Assembly: GCA_951406725.2 (NCBI GenBank)
Contig: OX597814.1
Location: 37,200,001-37,264,000 of the forward strand
Length of the DNA stretch: 64,000 nucleotides
Direction: 5' to 3'
DNA from: Octopus vulgaris
Lineage: Eukaryota
In this document: in pieces, positions 52,795 through 64,000 of the stretch
How positions within the stretch are numbered: position 1 is the first letter of the stretch
How the letters are laid out: each line of letters starts with the position of its first letter
Notes under the pieces: model-generated
The model's database searches: none
What the model saw: only the letters and a program-made list of their open reading frames with translations
What the model was told of the DNA's origin: nothing
Position numbers and translations under genes: made by a program

Positions 52795-53300
52795 CATATA
52801 TATTTAAATGATAAACTTCTGGAAAGTTTTACAGATGTTTAAAGTTCCAGTGATGGACTGGATCTGAAGTCATCGAATTAGTTTCTCCGTTCTGGTTTTC
52901 AGAAGCCTGAATCCTCAAGAGTGGTATTTAGACAGTGTGTTACATATCCCAGGGTCCTAATAATTGCAGGTGTAAACCCGAAATTGTAATCCGGATAGAG
53001 TACCTGCAGACGTCTCTGTAGTTACTCTAGAGTTCAGCATAGGTATTCTCTTTTTCACTGATCTTCAGATTTATGTTAACATCCGCTGGGCAGCTAATTT
53101 CCACCACTGTGCACTGTTTCTCTTCTTCATCCAAAAATCATTATATCAGGTCTTTTGTACCTACATTCTATTGAGGTATTCACTGGTACATTCCACCGGT
53201 ATTCCTTTTTATTATGCGTGGTTATGGCTTCTACCATACTCTTGGTTCTTGTTTCTTTGTCCTCGGAATTATCCTTACGGCGGATTTCATTATAGAGTGT
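52795..53300 (-). mobile_element. 3' end of an RLE-type (R2/R4/NeSL group) LINE
   Basis: KEYRWNVPVNTSIECRYKRPDIMI..CTVVEISCPADVNINLKISEKENTY..QIQSITGTLNICKTF fits the restriction-like endonuclease motif RPD..VE..EK..Y. Confidence 0.85.
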
Positions 53301-54261
53301 CCTAGCTACAATATTATGTATGTATGTATGTATCTCTTTATTTATCTATCGTCCTACCTATCTACCTACAAACACACCCGAGTCCACACAGCCAACCACA
53401 TACAAACACGCGTACACACACAAACTCACACCTATATTTATTTATACGTAAATATGCGTTTACGTTAATATATGTAGTTAAAATTTCATAATAAATTATT
53501 TGCTTTCTACATTTTCGGTTGGGTTCTGTGAATTTGTGTCAGTTCTTTGAAGATATATAAATATTTCTAAAATTTCTAATATTTACAGTTCAGAAAATAC
53601 CGCAAATTATATGTTTCTTTTGTAATTAGACATCAAATGTAAGATCTTTAAACAACAATTATCAAATTAAAAGCAAGCCTTTCACAAAGCGATTTAATGA
53701 ATGGTTTAATAAGAAATAAAGATCCGCAAGATATTGCGTAGTATTTCATTCCATAAAAACTTAAAAGCAATTAAAGTAAAATAAACTTATAACCGAGTTA
53801 ATAATTTGGTCTAACTACTTGTTTGGAACACTTGAAATAAAACTTTGTATGAAAGCAAATTTTACCTGAAAAACCTATCATTAATGCATTAAAATCTAAC
53901 TTTGACCTTTTAAATCTTTTTGATCGTTCCTCTTTAAAAACAGTAGCTATATCCATTTAAGCTTTAACTTACTAATCATCCAATGGAAATTAAATTTGGA
54001 AGTAGCTAAGTAATAACATAAGCTTTATAAGTTAATTGTTTTCTCTGAAGGAAACTAAAAATATTGATTTTTTTAAAGCAAACGCAACTGTTTGTCTATT
54101 TGCTTAGAAACACAGTCTTATTTGCATCAGTCAAAAATATTCGATTTGCCTCGGTAGCTTAGAGAGAAAATGGAAGTTGTTGTTCATATATGAATCGTTC
54201 TGATTTGGTAGCATTTTGTTCTGAATTACCATTATCCTTCGCTAAATTCGCAGTCATGTCT

Positions 54262-54431
54262 CTACAGCAATGAAATCTTTATGTCCATCGAAGCAGCAAA
54301 GTCTCCATCTATAACTTTTTGTGGAATTTCATGTTTGGGAGATATCCCCATATTATACTTCGTAACAAAATCCAATAGACATTTTTGTGTACTAATGTTA
54401 AATCTACACCAGTCATCGACATATTTCCAGC
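54262..54431 (-). other. Candidate terminal exon or pseudo-exon
   Basis: Long polypyrimidine tract + TAG acceptor on the minus strand, then WKYVDDWCRFNISTQKCLLDFVTKYNMGISPKHEIPQKVIDGDFAASMDIKISLL*; no family recognised. Confidence 0.2.
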
Positions 54432-55353
54432 TAATGGGAGACAAAGAGGAAATGAGAGTGAGACAGATACAGAGACACCTAAACAGAGATAGAGGCAGAA
54501 ATAAGCAGACCAAGTGGCAAAAATAGAGTAAGAGTAAGTGATGAGAGAGCTGAGGTAAAAATGAACTCTTTCAAACAACGCCTCTGGCGTCCACTTAATT
54601 TGTGTTCATTTGATTTTCGAAATTTAGTGTGAACGTACAATTTCAGTTTTTAAGAATTATGGGTCAATTATAGTTGCAGTAATATCTTAAAATGCTAAAA
54701 TTGCAACATTTGATGTAAACACTTGCAATAAACTCATTGAATTATCTTCAATAATTCGAATTTCTAGCATTACGAATAAACTGATTTAGAGACATTAACA
54801 GTATTTGGCAGAATATAACTTGACGTCATTTACTCCAAATAGTGTCTCAAAAGAATTCATACCTGGAAGAAAGATATTAATTTAAATGACAAGGGTCTCA
54901 GATGATGCCGCATGAGTTACTATTGGTGATCTTAATTTTTGTCTCATTTACGCTATGAGAAACAACTTTATATGATAGTGTATTAATAAATATGCTTTGA
55001 TTGATAAAAAAAAACGCTACTTGTTAAAAGAATTTGTTCGATGCACTCTATTTTCTTGCACGAAGAAATATCACTGAAATATCCTACTAGCTTTAGACAG
55101 CAGAAATTTCATTTTGAACAATTGCTGGAAAAAAAGCTCATGTTCTTGTAAAAGTATGTTATGCGATGTACGTCAGAACTAATTTCGCAATAAAATATCG
55201 AGGGAATAAGCAGTAAATCACACATATTTTGTTACCATTTTAAATAAATATACGTAGGGGAGGTATATTTCTTGTCCGAATTGTTGGCATACAAGTATTA
55301 GTATTGAACCATTTTTCAGCGCTCACAAATATGCATCCACATATATTATTACA

Positions 55354-55423
<70 letters not shown>

Positions 55424-55431
55424 CATACATT

Positions 55432-55723
55432 TCAGAAATAGACAAAAAGCATTAGATTCACTTCAGCATTTAAATTTAAGTTGCCAAAATATTTTCGTCG
55501 CTTTGAGACCGCGATCTGTTCACCGACGAAATTCCGTGCTGCATTAGTGATCAGTTTCAAAGCGACAAAGATATTTTGGCAAATTAAAAGTAAATGTTGA
55601 AGGGAATCTAACGGTTTTTGTGTGTTTCTTAATTGGTTTACAAACATCTTCCACGCTGCAATTTCTTTCGTTTCAGCACACGATCTCAGACCAGGTCACT
55701 TGCTAGGCAAGTACATCTCCGTA
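55432..55723. mobile_element. Fold-back repeat (arms ~55450-55523 / 55547-55613) with hammerhead variant, between (TA)n tracts
   Basis: ttagattcacttcagcattta..ttgccaaaatattttcgtcgctttga versus tcaaagcgacaaagatattttggcaa..taaatgttgaagggaatctaa. Confidence 0.8.
55481..55529 (-). ncRNA. Minimal hammerhead motif with G3:C8 core
   Basis: TCGTCG-GTGAACA-G(A)TCGC/GGTCTCAAA/GCGAC-GAA-AATATT-T-TGGCAA. Confidence 0.55.
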
Positions 55724-55800
55724 ATATATATATATATATATATATAGGTATATGTATATGAAAGAATGGAGTTGAACGACAAGTTAAAAAATATCCTTTA

Positions 55801-55883
55801 TTCTCGACATATGTTTCGAAGGCTGCATATTCCTAATTCCGAAGGAATAAGGAGTACATTATGCAGATTTGTCATCAGGAAAA
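55801..55883 (-). ncRNA. Type I hammerhead ribozyme with intact core and extended stem II, in a PLE pseudo-LTR (~55757-56330)
   Basis: TTTTC-CTGATGA-..CTGCATA..TATGCAG..-GAA-ACATATGT-C-GAGAA: 5-bp stem I, 8-nt palindromic stem III, GUC triplet. Confidence 0.8.
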
Positions 55884-56456
55884 TCAAGGAACTTATGTCG
55901 ACATCAAAATGCACAAAAATGTTTCAACTGACCGCTCTCAAAGAGCCCATGGCGATAATGAGTGTCTCTTTATAATGAGTGACGTCAGAGTGGCTGAATG
56001 TAGAAGAATCTAGAAGTTTCTAAAGGTTCAAGAGTTCAAAGGAAGTAGGAGCAGGGAGGCATTCGAATAGTAAGGTGAGAGAGTGCAGGTCAAAAGAATG
56101 GTGGGTTTAAATGATTTATTTTGTGAATGAGTGCCTGTGTGTGTGAATGTATATAACTGTCTTAATGTGTGTATGTGTGTGTCTGAATGCGTGATTGTGT
56201 TTGTGGATGGGTAGATGTCAGAAAACTGACATCTGTGAGGTGAAAGATCTGTGTCTGTGTGTTCGATTATGTTTACTGTAGAGAAAGGAAAGTAGATAAA
56301 CACACAAATTTCCGCACGAAGACACGTATTCTATGCCCTAGGGACGTAGCTTCAACCGTGTTTTTCTGATGTGAATTTGCTACCCAGGTATCGGTTATCT
56401 TTCGAATTACCCTTAATAAGATAATTCATTCAATTACTCAAATATATATATTTATA

Positions 56457-56537
<81 letters not shown>

Positions 56538-56599
56538 GCATATATATAAATATAAATATTATGTATGTATGTATATATATTCCTTTATTTATATATTAT

Positions 56600-56810
56600 T
56601 TTACACGTTTCAACCATTTGACTGCAGCTATGCTTGAACAACACCTTAAAGGGTTTTAGTCGAAGAAATGGAACTCAGGACTTATTCTTTGTATGCCTAG
56701 TACTTATTCTATCTGCTTCTTATCCCGAAATGCTAAGTTACAGTGACATATATACACCGACATCTGCTGTCAAGTGATGGGTGGTGGGACAAACACAGAC
56801 ACACAGTCAC
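56600..56810 (-). mobile_element. SINE 3' module
   Basis: catttgactgcagctatgct..caggacttattctttgtatgcctagtacttattctatc..gctaagttaca..gggacaaacacagac; homolog of 18855-19040. Confidence 0.75.
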
Positions 56811-57510
56811 GCACACATATATTTATAGACACATATATAAACACACATACATATAATTATATCATATTGATGTACTTATACATATATACTTATATGTACA
56901 TCTATGTGTATCTTTCAATCATTAGCTGCAACCCTATGAATTACAATACTTTTGATTATACACACTCCTACAATGCAAATATATTATTACAAGTTTAGCA
57001 GTCATATTTGCATTTTAGAATCGTTAGTGAACTTATTTATACACGTTTGAATTAAAGTTAACACAAGGGATCGGATTTGTACTATTTAATTATAGTCTAT
57101 GTAATCATTAATCTTGCAAGATTTGACATCCAGAATGAATTCTTCCGGCTTCATTGAGTAATTGAATCTATTTGAAATATAATAGTAATAATCTTCAGCA
57201 TGTCACACAATTCCAATCAAGTGGAATATATTTACATATTTATTGGGCTTATAATTCGGTGCTCATGGAAATTAAAAATAGTAATATTTACATGATACTA
57301 GAGAAACGAATGGAAAACTTTCTGCAGTGTCAATTAATTACTCCATAGAATTTAGTGTGTTGAATCTACGCATTACGTGCACGATACTTAACGAAAGATG
57401 TTGACTTTATTATCTGGAAGGAAAATTGAAAGAATAGGTCTTACCATTACATGATATATATATATATATATATATATATGCATATACATTATGTGTATAT
57501 ATATTTATTC

Positions 57511-57583
<73 letters not shown>

Positions 57584-60559
57584 CGTGCGTGCTTCTATGT
57601 AAGTACAGTAATAGCGATGTATACACGATTTAATAATACGTATGTTATTATACATTCATAAATATTTGTCCTGTTATAGCTAATTCCCAGAAGTTCCAAA
57701 ATCGCATATGTTAATGTAGCAATCCGGTGATATATTGAATATGTAAATATTAAGCATTTACGGCCGACTCGACTTATGATTTCTAAGCAGAATATCAGTT
57801 CTTCATTCGCGCACCAAATACTTCAGCTATATCTACACAATTACAGTCCTGAACAAGTTTTCAATGAAGCATACTACACACTGACACCTCTTTTTTAATC
57901 AACCATGCGTCTCCCATTAGAGAGATTCGGGAACAGTCCTTAAATGCCTTCATATGTTTGTTACTTATTCGTAAATTATGCTAATCCATTAGAAAGCTCT
58001 ATATATTACCTGTAGCATTATCTATAGCAGAATCGTTACAGCGCTAGGCAAAATGCCTTGCGAAATTAATTTAAGGCCTCCACGATGCGATTTCAAATCC
58101 TAATCGGTGCATTTGTTCATTTTGAAGAATTCATAAAATGAAATTCTACAAAATATTCAACTAATCTTTCATATTACAGTAGACCCAAACATACTCGCTC
58201 GATTGATGACGCGGCACATCATTTGGAGTACACTCCCATCACATCAATGCTATCAAACTGCGACAAACTATAGAGTAACTAATAGAAATAAGCAAATACA
58301 TTTCATCTCATAATTCATTCACACATATACAGCCACTCATATACAAACTCACAAGTACATACACGAAGACATCCTCTCCCTCTCTCTCTCTTGCTGTAAC
58401 GCCGATTTCATTAATGTATATTTAATCCGAAGAAGCAAGAAATGCACATGTAAGATGTAAAATTTCATGGAACTACTGAAACAGTAGAATTTCTAATTTT
58501 AACTTGTGATAAATATAAATGATGTTTTCTCGAAACGAGTAAACATTTTTTTTTCAAATTTGCCTCACGGAAGTCTGTCAAATTCCATTCTTCACTTGAC
58601 TTGTGGACGTAATCCCGTTTTAACACATCCACCTAGATTTAGTTTGACATTGTGGTGGTCGAAAATGTTCCGGAAAATCACATCAGGGTTGATGTCTACA
58701 ACCTTCACACTTCGACGCTTGGCAAAGGCCTATATATATAGTATTACATATTGCCCATCCTTCTGTGAGTAGGAGAGGAAAATAACTAACTGTACGAAAA
58801 TAAATATAGTTCTGGGGTCGATACGATATATACAGTCTGTTTCAGAACGTATCTTATTATTCCAGCCGCAAAATGTCTAAAAGCAGTACATGAATTAAAT
58901 ATATGAATTATCTTGAAGATATAAACAAGTTATTTTCATCGAAAGGATGTAAGGTGAAAAATATTTGAATATGAAGATGTACAGGGCATTGAAAGAATAA
59001 ATTCTAAAAAAGAAAAAAACCGAGACGTTTGGAAGATGTTACGCAAATTTCCGCCACCCAAACAATGAAATAAAATGTTTTACATCTTATTCAGTGAAAT
59101 TATGTAGTAAAGGTGCACTGAAGGTCATAAGCTGCTTGTATATATTTCTGAAATTCAAGATTTATGATGGAAGATGCGTTTATATGAGGTGAGAACGGAG
59201 AAATTTGATACTTTAATGTATTTCATTCGTAGTATCCTTGCCAATCTATAATACAAACGTACTAATATTTGTCCTGCTGTCATGAACAATAGAAAAAGTT
59301 AAAAATAAAATGAGCTACGGGATAGAAAAGTTAACTGCTTCTTTTCAACTTGTGCCAGGAGATATAACTAAACGCAATCGAATATAAAGAGGAAAGAGAT
59401 ATTAAAATAATGTCTACATTTTTGGCCAACAACTTAGTTTCAGTTCACATTCTTTTGCATTCTTTCTTTTTTCTTTTACTTTTTTTTTTTGTTTTTAGGA
59501 GATGTAATATATAAAAATAACCATAGCTTAACCTTCAAAGTGGAATATTGGTAAAAAAATTCTGTCTGGTCACAGATGTCACAGGTGTGAAACTCATGCT
59601 AAATATGGAAATCTATATACCTATTATTTCATGTCCAATATGAGTATAGATATTTGGTGATATTTATACGTATATATATATAAATATGTGTGTGTGTTGT
59701 ATGTGAGGTATGTGAGTGTGTGTAAAGTTTTATTGATTTCCATCCGCGTATTTTTGTGATATTTTATAGTACTGCACGAAATAAAAATGTCAATAAGATA
59801 TATATTTCATGTTCCTTGCTAATATACATTGATGGATTACTCCTGGTTATGTTTTATAACAACCATATTTTGGACGGACAATAAAATGTTATATAATATT
59901 AAATCAACGTATATACTGGACAAAGAACGCTGCAACAAAATCAACCGAACGTAGATATGAAAGTAAATAGCTATTTTCCAATATTTGAAATAGCATTTTA
60001 GTAAATATATATGAACATTCAATAATAAACAGCAATATAGTTAAATAATCAAGTATAATATTTGGTAAATAAGCTAAGATAATATGTGACGCTCGTTTGT
60101 ATTTTTATATATGCGGCAACATCTTAAACATCATTGGCTATGCAGTCAACACTGTCTTCAGAACAAGAACTAAGAGAAACCTGGCATAGTTATGTAAATG
60201 TCTAAAACGACGAATTGTGTTTAGATATTACCAACCAGTATCAAAACAAATAAAACAAACGGAAGCAATATGAGTGTTAAAGAAAGTGCCATTGATTAAC
60301 AGTATGAGTATTAATGCGACAAACTTGAAACAATTCGTTATCTTTAAATAATTGGTCGACATGATTACATCTGATGGAATGACAAACGAAGAAATTAATT
60401 CAACTGAAATCAATAAGTGTATAGGTGAAATCTGCATTTTTTTCAACATCAAACAAACATATTTACTAAGAAAAAAGAAAGTATATCAATAAGAATGCGG
60501 AAAAAGTCGGAGTGTCTTACACGAAACCCTTCATTATACATGCTGACATGGAGCAACTA

Positions 60560-60830
60560 CAGGGATATCTAAATGTTTCGTAGAAGGAATGGTTCAGTAG
60601 AGAAAAAAAGCTGAGTATGTCCAATGAATGCAGGGAAAATCAGAAACAAAGGCTCTGCAGCATCGTTTGAATAACGTTAGATGAAAGACAAAGTTCATTG
60701 AGTGCTATATGGAAGGATATAGCCATGAAAACGTGATGAACACCTAAAATAAAAAGAAGTACCCATAAAACATAAAGAAAGAATGTGGTGGTGGTATTAG
60801 AAGCAAGCGTTCAAAAGACTTTCAGAAATG
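60560..60830 (+). mobile_element. Possible pogo/Tigger transposase remnant
   Basis: MEGYSHENVMN..KECGGGIRSKR resembles the pogo segments around N-x-D-E-T and GGKKSKER; heavily decayed. Confidence 0.3.
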
Positions 60831-61029
60831 TATGGAGTTGCGTAAGGTTTTAAGCGGTGAAATGGCTGATGGGGCACCTAATAAAATATCCGTCTGCACT
60901 TAGCACACTAGAAGAGGAATATATATATATATATATACATATATATAAACAAGGGTCAAAAGAGTACCAGCATTGCTAGAAACAACAATCAAAGATGACT
61001 CAATTAGCCACAAAAAGCTCTATCTCAAT

Positions 61030-61560
61030 AGAAATAAAGGAAGCGAGAAAGCTACATACCGTAGTGAGACAAGCTCGCAAGTAGCTCATCTATTAGCACT
61101 GGATTGCCATATATTCTGCCACTAGTTTGATGCCGTGTGATGACAAGTTTTGGAAGCAGCAATCTAGAGGAGTGAGAACTGTTGTTCCCTATAGGACTAT
61201 CCTTTACCCAAGTTCTGAATAATCCCAGAGCCTATCCAGCTTCTCGTCTGCACTATATTGCCATTTTGGTACTATGAATAAGCAATGGTGCATCATTACT
61301 GAAGTAGATAGCTAGGTCACCCACTGATTTTGAGAATTATCTACTCACTGGTCCTGTGTCTTCCCATTGCAATCTGTTTAAGGGCCGATAGTTGAGTGCT
61401 TCAAAACTCTCAGCATCGAACTGCATGCTATTTTCATCAAGCTTGCTTCTTTGCATATTTCCCAATGAAGCGATGAAAAGCTTTGGAATTGTTTATTTTG
61501 TACTTCACTTATCCTCTTGAGGTCAAAAAGTCAACCTATCTTCTAGTGCCTGGAGGCAGG
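61030..61560 (-). mobile_element. Decayed CR1/L2-like LINE RT C-terminal fragment
   Basis: DENSMQFDAE..FEAL..DLAIYFSNDA..STKMAI..VLTPLDCCFQNLSSHGIKLVAEYMAIQ. Confidence 0.6.
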
Positions 61561-63894
61561 TACTTTCGCAAACGCGTGAATGGCTTTATGATTCATTAGC
61601 ATGAATCCTTTTTTCCTACGTGAGTTTCACTATTGTTGTTGATTGGAAGACTGCATTCCAGTTGGATACCTATTTAATTTTATTTAATATATTATGTTAC
61701 AGGGAACTAAATTATTTAAGTTGGTATGTGATAATGAAATAGAGTGTTCTCTGATGATCTGCTATTGTTAAGTAACCAATTCCACTAAAATCTATTATGC
61801 ATTAATCTCAAATAAACACTATGAGGAAATGTACATTGGAATAAATTATATAAACTTGCGATTTTCGCAATTTCAACAACATATATACTGATACTATTAT
61901 ATATACATACACACACACACACGCACACACACACACACACAAACACACACATACACACACACACATATATATATATCACTTTTATGATTATCTCAATACA
62001 TTGTCTGGATTTTCTATATAACTCAGAACCTATAATTTACGTTTCATAAACGAATACATGTACAATATGAACTAAGATATGAAACAAAATGTTGATTAAT
62101 GTATATGCATACTTCAAAAGTTATTGTTCATTCACAATAACGCCAAGACAATCGGTGCACTTCATAAAGCACGGCTTAGTATTAACCTGTTTTTATGTTC
62201 TTCTTCCGTTTAAAACTCAAGTCATTTATGGCCGCTTGTGGGAAGTTATACAGCCTCGTTGCTCTAACTTTTCCCCTGAGTATTCACTGACAGACCTTAA
62301 AATAGCAGTACAGGATGTTCTCAGGTAGGTCATTTTCCCCTACTTTTTAGAACTTATATACATATACTTCTGAAATTCACACTTATACTTCAACACTTAC
62401 TCGTATAATAATAATTCAAATGTCAGCACATTGGATCAGCAAACCTATCACTAGGTTTATTACACTTCTGTAATGTATACTTTTTTAGCCATTCAGATAG
62501 AAGTATGCATAGTAAATAATTAATCAGTCTGTTCTTTTAACTGTGATTATTAACCAACATTTGAACTTCTGATATGTACAGGCACACATGTACTGAGCCA
62601 AGTTTCTGGGTTCTTACAGCTGAGTTTCTATATAGCTATATTTTTTCATCCTTTTCTTTTATTCACATGCGACGTTGTGTTGCAAAGCTGGAACAACACC
62701 TTTGCAATTGGTAATGTTACTATAGGAGTTGGAATACTTACGGGACATTGATATGTTTGGAATCTCTCAAAGAGCTTCCAGGCTCTTCTTGAATGTATAC
62801 ACATCCGAATCAGATAAAAAATAATTTCAATGCTGTGAACATTGAAACCTAAGCTATTGTTTTTTGTGAGATTTGACGGAAGAATGAAAACCTTAAGATT
62901 ATACAGTAAAAACGCTTCAGGATTGGTATAGTTCTAATTACATAACTTGGGGTTTAACCCTTAAAGTATATTCTATATATTAATCGATTCATATTTTCTA
63001 TCGTACACTCCGCGAGCAGCAGATTTTATCACGTGCGGTAAGTCTCAGGTTCTTAGCTCTTACATAAAGAGGCGTCCTTAGTCACGAAATAGAATCTACC
63101 TGTGCTGCTTAATACTATTTTCGACCACATGAGTCGGTATTCTGGCAGCTAGCTGGGGATGGGTGTTCTCCAACTTAGCAGTACGATTTTCTGCTCTATC
63201 TTAAAGCATATTCTGAATGACCATCTCGCTCCTCTTTATCACGTTACGAAAACCAGTTACAATGTGTTCCGGTTCTTTGCTTTCTTAGTGGAGTTTACGA
63301 TATCTGGAACTGTACGCTATTTCTTTTCGTACGAGGCAATATAATTTGCATCTCGTTCATTTCATGAGATATTTGCTCTTTTCAATCAGACTATTTCTTA
63401 ATCGTGTCTACGTTGGTTGATAGCATTGTACTGTTTAGAATAACTTGTAAAGATATTACACTACGCACCTTGAAATATTCTATGCCTGACAATTTGCAAT
63501 TCATATTTTAGTTATGAATAGTTATACAGCTAAATTGACATTATAATGCAGAAAGATAGTTTTTGCAGTCGTAAATCGGACGCGTTCTCGCATTTGTATT
63601 GAAATGATACCTCATCTAAATACAGACTATGGGTACTATGGAATTATATTGCAAATGAAATCCTCTTAACGCCATTTGTATAATAATGTTCTCCTGATAG
63701 TTTGTATTGCATATTGTAATACTTCTTTAAACAGTTTAAGACAATTCTGGTGACGGGATAATAATTATCCCTATATATGATGTTTCGCAGATTTTGTTTG
63801 TTCTTTATTGTGGTATATGTCAAGTTCTGATTGCAGAGGATTTTTATTCTGCACACTGACGTTATGTTAATGTGTCATGGTCAAATGTTTTAGG

Positions 63895-64000
63895 GAAGGG
63901 GAAAACAATCATATCGACCCAGTACTTGACTGGTACTTAAGTTATCGACCCCGAAAGTATGAAAGGCAATGTCGAGCTCGGTGGAATTCGAACTCAGAAT
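63895..64000 (-). mobile_element. Family-1 SINE, truncated by window end
   Basis: atcgacccagtacttgactggtacttaagttatcgaccccgaaagtatgaaaggcaatgtcgagctcggtggaattcgaactcagaa. Confidence 0.85.

Noticed and set aside
63035-63095. Hammerhead-like motif on the minus strand near a possible PLE remnant
   Set aside because: Core reads CTAAGGA and stems I/III do not form; too degraded to call.

Overview
AT-rich, repeat-dominated eukaryotic DNA. The SINE families and very dense (TA)n/(CA)n/(TATG)n microsatellites look like an Octopus (cephalopod) genome; this is an inference from recognising the repeats. No intact protein-coding gene can be called, and most ORF-track entries are microsatellite artefacts. 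The window contains several tRNA-derived SINE families (including a recurrent dimer), decayed LINEs (RTE, RTE-X-like, R4/Dong-like, CR1-like), Tc1/mariner remnants, two non-autonomous Helitrons, a ~424-bp satellite with a strand switch, and many Penelope-like element (PLE) fragments. The most striking signal is about a dozen minimal type I hammerhead ribozyme (HHR) motifs in PLE pseudo-LTRs from several unrelated families. They include compensatory core variants (G3:C8 and U3:A8), head-to-head fold-back pairs, and one family with a tRNA-like Pol III promoter just upstream of the ribozyme. Four non-repetitive islands read like decayed single-frame ORFs of unknown origin; two of them have a marked TpA excess. 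A few short candidate exons are listed at low confidence. All alignments and translations were done by eye.
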